63,790 bases of DNA from a virus (Duplodnaviria; Caudoviricetes): positions 1 to 63,790 of the IMG/VR virus record IMGVR_UViG_3300036852_000142, one strand, 5' to 3'. Positions 30,643 to 41,267 of the stretch are shown in pieces; within the stretch, counting starts at the first letter, position 1, and every line of letters starts with the position of its first letter. Below the pieces are notes generated by a model. The model saw nothing but the letters and a program-made list of their open reading frames with translations, did not search any database and was not told the origin of the DNA. The translations under genes and the position numbers were made by a program.

Positions 30643-30990
30643 CCTTGCACCGACTCCTCAGAAGCGATCCCGCCAATGCCAATTACCGTTTGCGGCTCGG
30701 GCAATCCTAATACCTTCCGTTCCGCTGGAGACATTGCTTCAAGTTTCTTTTGCGCTGATTCTCTTGCCGCCAATTCATCACGTTGGGCAGTCAAGGCGCG
30801 CATGGCCTCTCGAAGGGCATCTTTCTCCGCACCTAGTTCCAACAACTTGGCTTCGATTTCTTCAATCGTCATCCTTATCTCCTTAGTGTTAAGCGGCCAC
30901 CCTTTGTCTTTCCCGAAATGCGTGCGAGCGAGCGGCGGCGCACTTACGACATCGGCGACGTCCGCCGTCACAGATTTTCAAGTTGTCGCT

Positions 30991-31398
30991 TCAGAGCTTG
31001 AATATCTTGTTCGCACCATTGTCAAACTGTACGATCACGTCCCCGCCATTCGGAGTTACAGGAAGTCCCGTGGCTGTATCTACATAGGCAATAAGGCGAG
31101 AAGTAGATTCTGTTCCCGTATCTTTGTAGAAAACAATTGCCTCAGAGGCATCGCCAGAGACGGCTGATAATGTTACGTCAGCGGCGTCCGCCACACCGGC
31201 TGTTACTGTTTTCGACGCTAAAGCACCCGACGTGGCCACGCGCGCTGCTGCTGGTACGTCATCCAAATTGTCGTGGGTTGCTAAATTGACTGTGTAGTCC
31301 GCCACATCAACTAAAATCAATTTGATTGTGTCAGTGTCCCAATCAATAGAGCCTTCCAAGAAGCCCTGACGGCCAAAGTCGTAAAGCGCATTTGCCAC
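30991..31398 (-). CDS. Conserved phage virion-associated protein
   Basis: MANALYD...IDWDTDTIK...LIAYVDTATGLPVTPNGGD. Confidence 0.7.
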   Translation of the reverse strand: MANALYDFGRQGFLEGSIDWDTDTIKLILVDVADYTVNLATHDNLDDVPAAARVATSGALASKTVTAGVADAADVTLSAVSGDASEAIVFYKDTGTESTSRLIAYVDTATGLPVTPNGGDVIVQFDNGANKIFKL

Positions 31399-31420
31399 GG
31401 TGCTGTCCTCCTAACGTTAC

Positions 31421-31447
31421 AGCCTACAACAACCTGCAATTTTATTT
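31421..31447 (-). promoter_or_regulatory. Putative late promoter copy (AAATAAA-N14-TAGGCT)
   Basis: Exact spacing match; upstream of the 31398 gene and the packaging genes. Confidence 0.6.
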
Positions 31448-31802
31448 ATCCCAAGTCATCCTGAACCCTGATTAACAGATAAGGCTTATCTACGTCTGTG
31501 GGAAAAGTAACGACCACGCCCCCAGGCAAAGTGGTTTGAAACTCCATTTCATAATCTCCAACTGTGTCGAGATCCGCAGCGGCCCATTGGTATATAAATT
31601 TCCCTAACGCTACGTTACTAAAACTAAAACTTGTTCCGTTGATCTTCAGCGTAGTTCGCCCTTGTCTCCGCATGAACACTTTTCTCGAAGTGTTTCCAGT
31701 ACAATCCACTACCGCATCATTCGCATCCCTGAATTGACCGGAGATGGTTCGGCCTACGTCATTCTGTTTGATTGTGTAATCGATTTTGTAACTCTCTGCC
31801 AT
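31446..31802 (-). CDS. BppU-N-like baseplate/fibre adaptor
   Basis: IKQND...GKFIYQW..DLDTVGDYEMEF..TFPT. Confidence 0.65.
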   Translation of the reverse strand: MAESYKIDYTIKQNDVGRTISGQFRDANDAVVDCTGNTSRKVFMRRQGRTTLKINGTSFSFSNVALGKFIYQWAAADLDTVGDYEMEFQTTLPGGVVVTFPTDVDKPYLLIRVQDDLG

Positions 31803-33226
31803 TACTCCAACTCCGCTCGCAGACTTCCATCGGTATCTAATATAACCGAGGTCGCACCGTTAGAATCTAAGCTAATGATCAATGCTCCGTTCGAGTCCAA
31901 GACAATGCTTGTTGGATTCAGAACCTGGCTTATCAACCCGCCACTTATAACAATGCTTCCGAAGGCTTCCTGGCTTACCACTCCGGTTAATGAGATTGTT
32001 GTGGTCGCATTCAAAACAAACGCGCCAAAAGCCTCGGCTGACCCAATCCCGCTAATAGCAATAAGATGATTAACCTTGAGAATGCCAAACGCTTCGCTGG
32101 AAACTATTCCGCTCAACCCAATTGAGACAGCGCCACGTAGAATTTCTGGTGTTCCAAACACTTCACCAGATCCGATTCCAGTCAAACTCACGAATACTGG
32201 GCCACCTGTGAGGATCGAAGAACCAAAAACCTCGCCGCTTCCTATACCCGGAAGCACAATAGTGCGATTCAACTGTGATGTGCCAAAGGTTTCTAGTGAA
32301 CCAATCCCTGTGAGTTGAATTGCTCGGTTTATCTGTGCTGTCCCAAAGTTTTCAACCGAGCCTATCCCTGGCGGACTTATTGTTACTGCGCCTGGTTGTA
32401 GGGCTGGAGTTCCGAAACTCTCTTGAGACGTAATCGCCGAAAGGCTAATAACAAATGCGCCGCTATTAACGATCAATGAGCCGAAAGTCTCTCCACTGGG
32501 AATACCAGTCAGCGAAATCGTTACGCTTCCCACCTGAATTGTTGTACTTCCGAAAGTTTCAGTACTGGCAATCCCGCTCAGTAATAATCGTAGATTTATT
32601 TGAGGCGTGCCAAAGCCTTCAGACGAGCCAATTCCACTGAGAGTAATGGTGCGATTGACGTAGTGAGATCCAAAACTTTCGGATGAGACGATTCCTACCA
32701 GATTGATCGTGTGATTGATCTGAGGCGCGCCAAATAGTTCTTGTGACGCAATTCCACTTAAAGTAATCGTTACTGCCCCACCGGAAAGCGTAAGAGTACC
32801 AAACGCTTCTACGCTTCCTATTGCGCTCGGCGAAACTGTCTGGTTCAGCCTGAACGTGCCAAACGTTTCTGCCGAACTAATGCCCGAAAGTGACAGGGCT
32901 TGATTGATCTTGGCGGTTCCAAAAGACTCGCCTGAGGTGATGGCCGTTGGGAATATTGAGACAGAACCACGCGCGACGGTGAGAGTCCCAAAAGCTTCTG
33001 CTGAACTTATTCCACTGGCTGTTATGTTTCGATTGATCTTGGCTGTACCGAAGGCTTCCGCCGAAGCGATTGCAGAAGTTGTGAGGTTACGGTTTAGCTT
33101 ATTGGTTCCAAACGCTTCTGCGCTGGCAATAGCGCCCACGCCTGAAACCGTTTGACTTACAGGCGGGAGAACGGCCGCAATTGGTTGGCCTTGCTGCGGC
33201 TGAGGAGGTGGATAGAATAACGCCAT
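31802..33226 (-). CDS. Repeat-rich fibre-like structural protein
   Basis: About 20 copies of (G/A)IxSxExFG at 19-23 aa period. Confidence 0.65.
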   Translation of the reverse strand: MALFYPPPQPQQGQPIAAVLPPVSQTVSGVGAIASAEAFGTNKLNRNLTTSAIASAEAFGTAKINRNITASGISSAEAFGTLTVARGSVSIFPTAITSGESFGTAKINQALSLSGISSAETFGTFRLNQTVSPSAIGSVEAFGTLTLSGGAVTITLSGIASQELFGAPQINHTINLVGIVSSESFGSHYVNRTITLSGIGSSEGFGTPQINLRLLLSGIASTETFGSTTIQVGSVTISLTGIPSGETFGSLIVNSGAFVISLSAITSQESFGTPALQPGAVTISPPGIGSVENFGTAQINRAIQLTGIGSLETFGTSQLNRTIVLPGIGSGEVFGSSILTGGPVFVSLTGIGSGEVFGTPEILRGAVSIGLSGIVSSEAFGILKVNHLIAISGIGSAEAFGAFVLNATTTISLTGVVSQEAFGSIVISGGLISQVLNPTSIVLDSNGALIISLDSNGATSVILDTDGSLRAELE

Positions 33227-33232
33227 CCTATC

Positions 33233-33736
33233 TTATGTCAGTTCTTCGTAGGTAACAGTGATCGTCCAACCAGTAGTAGTTCCTGGCGCCGCCAGAAACC
33301 TTACGCACCAAACTGTGCTGGGAGGAATGATGATTCTCTCTTCAGGGGTAGGAACCCAGAACCATCCATTCAAATTATTAGGATTAACAAGATAGTGATT
33401 TGTGTATGTACCCCCAGAGTCGGCAGAGGAGTTGATCCCAATCCGGCCTGCGCCACCAATAACGCTTGTGTTTCCAACTAGTCCTGAGGCTGGGCCACCT
33501 AGTGGAGAAATATTTTGAGGCGTGACGGAAGTAGTTGTCAGAGTGCCAGCAGTATCGCGAGTTGAACAGGCAATTCTAACCTGAGCCGCTGTTGCGGTGG
33601 CGTTCTGCGTAATTTCAATCCGCCGAATCGCAATCCGCGCTCCTGCCACTACGCCCGCTGCTGTTTGCAAGGCCAGTAAAACATTCCCGGTGCCTAGAGT
33701 CATGTTCTCGCCAGGAGCTGTATAGATTCTGCCCAT
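33233..33736 (-). CDS. Putative virion structural protein
   Basis: GWFWVPTPEERIII motif; Thr/Gly-rich. Confidence 0.5.
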   Translation of the reverse strand: MGRIYTAPGENMTLGTGNVLLALQTAAGVVAGARIAIRRIEITQNATATAAQVRIACSTRDTAGTLTTTSVTPQNISPLGGPASGLVGNTSVIGGAGRIGINSSADSGGTYTNHYLVNPNNLNGWFWVPTPEERIIIPPSTVWCVRFLAAPGTTTGWTITVTYEELT

Positions 33737-33746
33737 TTATTTCTCC

Positions 33747-34700
33747 TTACTGTGCTAATAATGCTTGCATCTTATGTGAAGGTGGTGGATAAATTCCTGC
33801 GGCTGCCGCAGTGAAATAGCCAACCAAGAAAAAATCATTAGTAGTCGCCGCTATTTTCCCTTGGATCAGTTGCGAACCGTCTGCTTCCACCATCGCCATT
33901 GGATGACGATCTGCGAGTTTGTAAATATCTTCCGCTGAGCCGTTCTTTCGTAGAGCATAGTTACTGCTGCTAGCAACAGTGACTTCTATGAGTCCACCGA
34001 TAGCGCCAGCGGGAAGGGCGGACAAGGCAGCATAAGCACCCGTTGAGCCGAGTGATAAATCGGTAGCATTGTCTAAAAAAGTTGCGTCTGACTTGATGTA
34101 GCCAACCAAGAAGAAATCAAGACTAGTGTTGCTGATGTAACCTTCACAAATCTCGGAACCATCTACACCAATAATCCACCCACCAGCAGAGTGATTAGCC
34201 ATTTGGCTTATGCGGTTGTCTGTCGATCCATTCTTGCGTAAACCAAAATCGTATCGAGTTGGCCCATTGATAATTTCAAAGATCGCGCCGATGGCCGTGT
34301 CGCCGCCTGTGTCTCCACTAATGTTTATCGCTGTCCAAGCAGCAGTAGCGGTAAGAGATTTGTTGACAGCATTGTCGAAGAAAACCGCGTCGGTGGTGAA
34401 GTAGCCGACAATATAAACATCAATGTTTGTTGTGTCACCGACATAAGCCTCAAAAATTCCGCTGCCATCTAAACCAATCGCCGCCCAAATATGGTTGTTA
34501 CGCGACAGAATAGGAATACGATTGTCGGTCGAACCGTTCTTCCGCCAACCAACAGCGTAGTCGGTCGTGCCAATGATATTAACAATATGAAGCATTACCC
34601 CCGAGGCACCGGAAGGTACACCAAAAGAAGTTGCGTCAACGTCAGTCCATGCCGATGCTGAGCCGGGGGTGACTTCTACGGGTGTAATGAAAGCTGCCAT
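33747..34700 (-). CDS. Structural protein with three internal ~100-aa repeats
   Basis: RKNGS(T/A) and (Y/F)(I/L)VGY each recur three times. Confidence 0.55.
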   Translation of the reverse strand: MAAFITPVEVTPGSASAWTDVDATSFGVPSGASGVMLHIVNIIGTTDYAVGWRKNGSTDNRIPILSRNNHIWAAIGLDGSGIFEAYVGDTTNIDVYIVGYFTTDAVFFDNAVNKSLTATAAWTAINISGDTGGDTAIGAIFEIINGPTRYDFGLRKNGSTDNRISQMANHSAGGWIIGVDGSEICEGYISNTSLDFFLVGYIKSDATFLDNATDLSLGSTGAYAALSALPAGAIGGLIEVTVASSSNYALRKNGSAEDIYKLADRHPMAMVEADGSQLIQGKIAATTNDFFLVGYFTAAAAGIYPPPSHKMQALLAQ

Positions 34701-35111
34701 CTCAAGCTAAGATTATTTCCATACCTTGCAGCTTGGCAGTATCCATTTGAAGTTGAGCCTCGGTCGAGTAAGTCATAACCACTAAGCCCAAGTCGTTGGT
34801 TATATCGTTATAAAGCGAAGTGTCTATTTTTTCACCTATCGGCTGCTTCATATTTTCGTTATGAAATTCAACTGTATAAAGCCAGAAAAGATAAGCATGG
34901 AGTTTGTCAAAAAGAGCCTTCGACTGTACTGGCGTGGCTCCAAGATCATAGATCTTCCCATCAGCTTTGAAGGGCTTCGATAACCCCTGCTTCCAGAAGT
35001 TGTAATAGCAATCTGAAAGCTCGTCATGCAACACCTCGAACTTCTTATCAACAATTGCACGAAGTTCCGCAAATTGTATGTTTGTACGGTTTCTTTCAGA
35101 AGACTGATACA

Positions 35112-36650
35112 TCACTTCTTTATCAGAACAAACACCCCGAATTCCGGTGCTGTGTGCGCGTTGACATTCGGGAAGTGGGTGATCTGCGATGCTCCCAACA
35201 GCGGCACGGCAATTAACCCGGTCATAGGAATATTAACTGTGGGATTACTCGCCGAATATGTTCCTGTCGCTACCGGTGGGCCATAGAAGTTCTGCGCATC
35301 GCGAACTTCATACTGCTCGCCGTCCTGCAAGCCAGAAGTGGAAATGTTGACTTGAACAGACAAGAGGTTGTCCCAGTTATAGATAGCGATATTCGCTCGC
35401 CCGCGTTCATACTGATTGGGACGAATGAAAATTTGATTTCCGCTAGTCGGATAACCAGTGGTAGCCGTAATCAAAGTATTGTTGCTCTGCGTGATTGTCT
35501 GCCAAGGCCCAAAATACAATGCACCGTTGGCATTTGTTCCGTTAACTAGATAGTTGCCCGTGGCTGTCACGTTGAAATGTGTCGGCGTTGGGTAGTACGA
35601 CAGCCATGCTCCTCCCATGCTTTCTGTTCTCCGGTTGTAAGTTCGGTTGTTCATGATCACCAAGTCGTGCATCGGACAACAATCCCGTGTGTAGGTGAGT
35701 AGGTTCCACTGCCCATTCTCAAACAGAATGTTGTTATCAAAGGTGGTGGAGTTGACGTAAGCCGAACCATCAGAACTCATTTTCAGCCCTACAGTGAAGT
35801 TCTTGAACGAAATGTTGTCGCGTAACATGCGAATCGTAGTGGACGTGTTCTGTCCATACACCGCGCTGCCTTCCTTGGTGTTGTTAATTCCTCTATACGC
35901 TCCAATGCCCCAGAAGAGAGAGCCGTAAATCTCACCTCCCACAGCAGTTTTCCAGAAACCAATTCCTGGATGCCCAGTGTCATGGATGACCATGTTGATG
36001 GCCTTGTTGCCTACTCCGAACATGGAGATCCCTGGAGAATGGTCGGCAGAGTTGACCACATTCCGCGTCACACTTGCGGAATTCGTAATCTCGAATCCCC
36101 ACCACCACGCATAAGGCCCGTTAGACGTAATGCCCCCGTTCACTGTGGCGCGCTCTCCCGGATAGCCTCTTATAATTACCGGAGCCGCTGCGGTGCCGCC
36201 TAAGTTGCTGGCGAAGATTGTTGCGCCACCTGTCCCATAACCGCCCCCACGCAGACAAACAGTTTTGCCAGGCTGCGAGCCCTTTTGCAGCGCTGCCGAT
36301 AAACTCAATGGACTAGCGAGCGTCCCGGTTCCGGTGGCACTACCGTTCGCAGCAACATAGTAGTCGCAGGTAAACGCTATCGGTGACGGGCTGGGCACCG
36401 GCGACGGACTCGGCACCGGAGTTGGTGTGGGCGTTGGCTCAGGTGTTGGTGTTGCTGTCGGCGTTGGGGTCGGCGTTGCTGTTGGAATTGGTGTCGGCGC
36501 AGGCGTTGGTGTTGGCGTTGCGCAGGGCACAATTTGAGTTACCTGCGACTGCCGATCCGCCGCAATCACTGTCTCAAGACACTTCTCCTGGGCCTGGGTT
36601 GAGATGCTAAGAGAAAGAATAAACGTGCAGAGGAAGGGAATAACTTTCAT
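35112..36650 (-). CDS. Secreted right-handed beta-helix (polysaccharide-lyase-like) protein with Pro/Thr linker
   Basis: Signal peptide, (PT)n linker, [37 protein letters not shown]. Confidence 0.75.
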   Translation of the reverse strand: MKVIPFLCTFILSLSISTQAQEKCLETVIAADRQSQVTQIVPCATPTPTPAPTPIPTATPTPTPTATPTPEPTPTPTPVPSPSPVPSPSPIAFTCDYYVAANGSATGTGTLASPLSLSAALQKGSQPGKTVCLRGGGYGTGGATIFASNLGGTAAAPVIIRGYPGERATVNGGITSNGPYAWWWGFEITNSASVTRNVVNSADHSPGISMFGVGNKAINMVIHDTGHPGIGFWKTAVGGEIYGSLFWGIGAYRGINNTKEGSAVYGQNTSTTIRMLRDNISFKNFTVGLKMSSDGSAYVNSTTFDNNILFENGQWNLLTYTRDCCPMHDLVIMNNRTYNRRTESMGGAWLSYYPTPTHFNVTATGNYLVNGTNANGALYFGPWQTITQSNNTLITATTGYPTSGNQIFIRPNQYERGRANIAIYNWDNLLSVQVNISTSGLQDGEQYEVRDAQNFYGPPVATGTYSASNPTVNIPMTGLIAVPLLGASQITHFPNVNAHTAPEFGVFVLIKK

Positions 36651-36656
36651 TCCCTA

Positions 36657-36683
36657 AGAGTACTAACTATTTGATGTTTATTT
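36657..36683 (-). promoter_or_regulatory. Putative late promoter for a leaderless mRNA (AAATAAA-N14-TACTCT)
   Basis: -10-like box 6 nt before ATG 36650. Confidence 0.7.
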
Positions 36684-36931
36684 GTGAGAGGCTACTTCGT
36701 CGGCTTCCGTGCGCCACCCTGCTTCAAGGGCTTCAACTTCAGTTTGCGGCGAATCAAGTTTGAGTCCGACTCGCCGTCTTTCGCCTGCCTCCGAAGTCGA
36801 TCAAGCTCTTCGGGCAACAGAGTAACTTTAATTTGTGGTTTTGTAGTAGGCATTTAGTTTTTTGGCCCCCGCCCCAAGCGAACGACTTGCGCCGCTCACG
36901 CTTTCGCGTTGGAGACTTGGAACGGGGATAG

Positions 36932-37243
36932 CTAAAACTCGTCGTCCTGTGGATCGGTTTGTAGGCCGACCCGCTCGTCGTACTTCGCTTCGACCACTGG
37001 ATAGCCCTCGTGAATCCGATAACCTCGTAAGACGTGCTTCACTGGGACGGGACAGAGCGATTGCCACGATTCGGTTGACGGATCGAACCGACCTTCAATT
37101 AGACAGAGAATTGAGTGACCGCCGTCTGACGTGTAGCAATACCATTGACTCAATTCGGTTGGTAGTTCAGAGTGATACGCCTTCCCTCGAATGAGAAAAG
37201 ACGTACCCTCAAAGAACTTCTCGATTATCTGAGCAGTGTTCAT
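36932..37243 (-). CDS. Hypothetical protein
   Basis: ORF coupled to the VWA gene. Confidence 0.55.
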   Translation of the reverse strand: MNTAQIIEKFFEGTSFLIRGKAYHSELPTELSQWYCYTSDGGHSILCLIEGRFDPSTESWQSLCPVPVKHVLRGYRIHEGYPVVEAKYDERVGLQTDPQDDEF

Positions 37244-37247
37244 TTCT

Positions 37248-37829
37248 TTAAGCTTTCAAAAGTAATTGTCGCACTGTTGGCGCTAGCGCGTGGCCGTTTG
37301 TGCGCCCCCAGTCAGTACGCACTACCCGACCACCGGCGCTTCGCGCTAGACGGTGCATAAAAGCAATGGCTTCCTTATCTGAGTCTGGACCACAATAAAC
37401 CACGTCGATAATTCCGGTTAGTTTCTCAGCGGCCTCCAAAGCAGCGGCTTCGTCGTCCGGCTGTCCATCGGAAATTACTATTGTATGCCTTGGTCGATAT
37501 TGCCGACCGTACTCAAGCGCGTAGTGAAGTGCGGTGCTACCGTCAGGCTCAGGCAGGCTCTCAAACATTTCTTGAGCTGTGGAATTGAAAGCGATTATCC
37601 GAGCAGCTGGAAATTGCGGTCGTATCTGGTCCAAGGCTTCCTGTAAAACCGTGATCTTTTTCCGACTCCCAGCCGATTCGTCCATTGACCCGGACACGTC
37701 GCAAAGTAGTAGTACCTCTTTGGTAGCCCCGTCCAATCGCTTCTTAAACCGTGAAGTCTCGCCAGTGTCGGGAAGTTTAGACGCTTGCTGTAACAGCGAC
37801 TGAAGCGGATTAGCTATTCGAGTCTCCAT
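37248..37829 (-). CDS. VWA (MIDAS) domain protein
   Basis: LLCDVSGSM, GSTALH, VISDGQPDD; start at METRIA after SD AAGGAGGAG. Confidence 0.85.
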   Translation of the reverse strand: METRIANPLQSLLQQASKLPDTGETSRFKKRLDGATKEVLLLCDVSGSMDESAGSRKKITVLQEALDQIRPQFPAARIIAFNSTAQEMFESLPEPDGSTALHYALEYGRQYRPRHTIVISDGQPDDEAAALEAAEKLTGIIDVVYCGPDSDKEAIAFMHRLARSAGGRVVRTDWGRTNGHALAPTVRQLLLKA

Positions 37830-38526
37830 TGCTTTGCTCCTCCTTTTCAAAGTAATCACAACCAGCAAGAAACTTCGTTCCTGGGCGGTCGTAGGTTGGG
37901 TGCTCTTGTCCTTTAGCCTTGATATACCGCGCCCGAAACTTCGCACAAAATTCAATTAACTCAGGTTTGCGCGCCATTAAACCGCGCGAAGTCTTAATCT
38001 TGTTTTCGTCCGCGTTCCAGTCCACCAAGTGCGAATCGTCGTACTGATTACAGGTTGGATTGATTAAAACACGGACACCGTAGCGCGACTTCCAGTAGTT
38101 AATACTGATCGTGGCGGGGTCCCGTTCAACCAGTGCCGCAGCTTGTTTGAGCCAAGCGCGTTCTTCGTCCTCACGGATTTGCGCCTCTACCACTTTCTTC
38201 TTAGCTTCGGTGGCAAGTTCCTGTTCGCGTATCTCTTGCTGCTTGCGCTGGCGTTCAGTGTTTGCAGCAGACTCTCTTGCTTCGGTTTCTCGTCGTACTT
38301 CCTCTACCGCTTCCTTCGCTAACCGTTCACGTTCCAGCGCCCGCAGTCTGGCGGCCTCGCGTTCACTGGCCTCTGTGCGAATACGAGCCTTCTCGGACTC
38401 GTCCAAAACAGCGCTACGAGAAGCTGTGGCAACGGCTGGATTACGAGAAACGGCTTCCTGGCAAGCCTCACGGATTAGAGTGACAAGTTGATCGTCGGTG
38501 AGTTGGGAAAAGTCTAAGGAGGTCAT
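37810..38526 (-). CDS. Coiled-coil hypothetical protein
   Basis: E/R/A-rich helix; translationally coupled to its neighbours. Confidence 0.6.
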   Translation of the reverse strand: MTSLDFSQLTDDQLVTLIREACQEAVSRNPAVATASRSAVLDESEKARIRTEASEREAARLRALERERLAKEAVEEVRRETEARESAANTERQRKQQEIREQELATEAKKKVVEAQIREDEERAWLKQAAALVERDPATISINYWKSRYGVRVLINPTCNQYDDSHLVDWNADENKIKTSRGLMARKPELIEFCAKFRARYIKAKGQEHPTYDRPGTKFLAGCDYFEKEEQSNGDSNS

Positions 38527-39101
38527 TACGCCACCTCCTTTTTCTCGCCAGTCGCTGAAAACTCAGCAGCCGCCGTAGGGCAAAGCGTGTCAAGTCTGGC
38601 TTCCAACTGCGCGGCCACGTACTGTTGGCCAGAGTGATCGCGTCCGTCAATCCACTTGCGACTCTCAATCCAAGTGCGAGGCTCGTCCTGCAAAAGCACT
38701 AGCGCGTCGTTGATCTCTTGCGTCGCGGTTTTGGTAAACTTAAAACTCTTTTCTACTTCCCAGTCCCAATTTCCATTGATTGCCCCAAACAGTTTTAAGT
38801 CTCGCAGCGCGGACGCGAGATCGTATTGAAGGGCGGAAGCAAGGAAACTGGCGCGCAGTGTCTCAGCCCAAGCAATTTGCTTCGGGCTTCCGGTTAATTC
38901 GGGTAGGCCAGAAGCCTTAGCAGATTCGGCTGCTTGTGCAGACTGCTCCGCGTGCTGTTTCTGCTTTTCTTCCTGAAAACAGTCAGAACACAGGCGACTT
39001 GGGCCTACGTTCTCTAGCCACCACTCTCGGTTCTTGTGTGGGCCCGTTAGGTTGTGGGTTTCGGTGTGTCCGCAGGCGTGTTCAACTTCGTATTTTGCCA
39101 C
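38526..39101 (-). CDS. Conserved phage Zn-finger hypothetical protein
   Basis: HACGH...LCSDC...LPELTGSPKQIAWAE; GTG start after AAGGAG. Confidence 0.65.
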   Translation of the reverse strand: MAKYEVEHACGHTETHNLTGPHKNREWWLENVGPSRLCSDCFQEEKQKQHAEQSAQAAESAKASGLPELTGSPKQIAWAETLRASFLASALQYDLASALRDLKLFGAINGNWDWEVEKSFKFTKTATQEINDALVLLQDEPRTWIESRKWIDGRDHSGQQYVAAQLEARLDTLCPTAAAEFSATGEKKEVA

Positions 39102-39176
39102 TGTTTTATCTCCTTTTTTGCTCTTTCGAGCGCCCCGCGTTGGTTCGGTCGCGGCCCCGTGTTTTTCAATACTGGA

Positions 39177-39206
39177 ATTATCCCACAGGTAGGCCACTTG
39201 AGTCAA
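39177..39206 (-). promoter_or_regulatory. Sigma70-type promoter (TTGACT-N18-GATAAT, extended -10) for the 39101-36932 cassette
   Basis: Near-consensus boxes with A-tracts upstream. Confidence 0.65.
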
Positions 39207-39475
39207 GCGAAATCGAAAGATTTTTTCGATTTATTTTGCGTATTTTAGTAAGGAATCTCAGACGCCAAAGGCCCGTTTTTGCTGGCTTTTTGGGCGATTT
39301 TTCAAGCGATTTGGCCCTATCTGGCTAACTATTGCAAACATTAGCTTTTCAGTCTCGATTTAAGGCGTTTTCCAGGGAAGGGCGGTACAAGTAGGCTACT
39401 TGCGAGGAAAGAAAAGTGCAGGGCTTTCTGGCTAGATATTTGTGAGAGAGGCTTCAAACTCCCAAAGATCCCACC

Positions 39476-39769
39476 TTAACGACCTTTCCGGGCCTCACGT
39501 ATATCTGTTTTGATTTCCGACAAGTCGTTCCGCGTGGCATCAATAAACTGCTTGAATTCTTCCCTAGTAATCTGTCGATCCATGATCTTATTCAAGTCGT
39601 CGCGATCAGCTTTTATCTGCCGTTCTAAATTATCAATTCGCTGCATTTGCTCTCCCGCAGTATATCTGACAGTTCCGTAAGCTCCCGCGATAGCAATGAT
39701 TAGCGGCAAGACAAATTGAAGCACGAGTAATGCGGTCTTTCCATTTAGTGAGCGTGGCTCGTTTGTCAT
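39476..39769 (-). CDS. Membrane-anchored coiled-coil protein (possible lysis accessory)
   Basis: One TM helix followed by a coiled coil. Confidence 0.45.
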   Translation of the reverse strand: MTNEPRSLNGKTALLVLQFVLPLIIAIAGAYGTVRYTAGEQMQRIDNLERQIKADRDDLNKIMDRQITREEFKQFIDATRNDLSEIKTDIREARKGR

Positions 39770-39793
39770 TCATGGAAACCTCGCCGCAAATCT

Positions 39794-40216
39794 TTAGTGG
39801 ATGCACAACAATTTGAACGCTTCGCACATAAAACGGTTATTCGCGTCCTCAATCTTTCGCCTTAAGGCGTCACGTTCTGCGGTAAGAGACGCGATCAATT
39901 CCTTTTGGGCCGCGAGTTGGGCTCTCGTCCCTGTTTGCGCTTCTTCATAAACCACCACGAGCGCTGCGGTATTTTTTTTTCCTGCCGCCACTTCCTGTTG
40001 CGCGGAGTTTAGTAACACTCGCTGAGCGACATTCTCCCGCTCAAGGGCTTCCACGCGCAATGCTTTTGCTTCAGCTTTCGCTTCAGCGACTGCGGCTTTC
40101 ATTGCCTCTATTGCCGCCTTCAGCTCATCGGGTGAACAAGGGGCAGCGGGAGATGGTGCCGGCGTCTGGGCCATAGCGCCTACATAGAGAACCAGCAATA
40201 GGAGAAACGTTCTCAC
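39794..40216 (-). CDS. Exported coiled-coil protein (spanin-like candidate)
   Basis: Signal peptide plus a long Ala-rich coiled coil. Confidence 0.4.
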   Translation of the reverse strand: MRTFLLLLVLYVGAMAQTPAPSPAAPCSPDELKAAIEAMKAAVAEAKAEAKALRVEALERENVAQRVLLNSAQQEVAAGKKNTAALVVVYEEAQTGTRAQLAAQKELIASLTAERDALRRKIEDANNRFMCEAFKLLCIH

Positions 40217-40879
40217 TTCGGTTTCTCCTGCACGCCGTCATCGCCTTGTTGTAGTTCAGGTTGCTGCTTCCCGACGACTGTAAGCCCAGTGAGACCGGCT
40301 GGGTTATCAGCATCGAGTCGAGCCATGTCAAAAGCTAACTTGAACATTTGGGCTTTAGCCTGTTCTCTTGGCCGCATGTCTTCGCTTATATCTTCGCTAC
40401 GATGATCCAGCCCCGCAAATAACTGCTCTTTCTTCTCCGCCGGCAAAGGTACACCTGGGTCCAGCAAAGACTCGGCTATTAACCTATCCAATGGTGCATA
40501 TCTTTCGTGAGGGTGCGTTAGCTCAGCCGCTAGCACCGTCTTGACGTATCCCCAGAACGGGACCACGCTTACGCCGAGCTTGCCCTCAAGGACAGCCATG
40601 CGGTCAGCTTGTGCCTTGAGACGCGCTAACACCAAAGCGGCGGCAATCGCCACGACAAGAGCAAATACCACCAAACCAATTCCAATTAGGCGAGGATTCA
40701 TAGGTTTAATTCAGCGGAAACACTTTCAGGGCGATAAACTTTTCTTCTCCGGTCTGATTGTCTACTCACAGGACAGGGTTACTGTATTTAGTTTTTCTTT
40801 CGAGTTCTTCCTTTCTCAGTCAAAGCCATTCCTACAGTTCCCGGCAACCGAAAACTCATCGCCCTGAAATTCTTTTAGT

Positions 40880-41224
40880 CTACGCGGGCGGCTCTTCAGT
40901 CAGCCCTGGGATGGTCAGCGACACGTCGCTGATGGCCGCAGGATCGCCAGTTGTGATCGTGAAATCCGCGGCGCCGCTGCCGAGAATTTCGCCCTTAGCG
41001 TTAGTGACTGAGGCTGTAACCGAAGCCACGCCAGGAGCACCAAAAGACAGCGTGCCAGACTTAGAGGCAGCGTCAAAGCTAACTTCGACTACCTCAGGAT
41101 CACTGGATTCGACGGCCACGGAAAGACCGCTGACGTCTGCAATTGGATGACCTTCGGCGTCAGTCACGCCGCCAATGTTGATTGAGAATGATTCTGCCTG
41201 ATTATCGTCTGCTACCTTAAACAA
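40880..41224 (-). CDS. Ig-like small protein
   Basis: DAEGHP..VESSDPEVVEV..APGVASVTASV. Confidence 0.55.
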   Translation of the reverse strand: MFKVADDNQAESFSINIGGVTDAEGHPIADVSGLSVAVESSDPEVVEVSFDAASKSGTLSFGAPGVASVTASVTNAKGEILGSGAADFTITTGDPAAISDVSLTIPGLTEEPPA

Positions 41225-41267
41225 ATTGCACCTCCTTATGTGTGCTCAATGGTAAAATTGAGGAACC

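Noticed and set aside
30506-30682. N-terminal extension of the methyltransferase ORF
   Set aside because: Region is better explained by a separate 46-aa membrane peptide; ParB similarity starts at TTG 30505.
36383-36520. Tandem ggtgtt/ggcgtt DNA repeats
   Set aside because: Explained as the codons of the Pro/Thr linker in 35112-36650.
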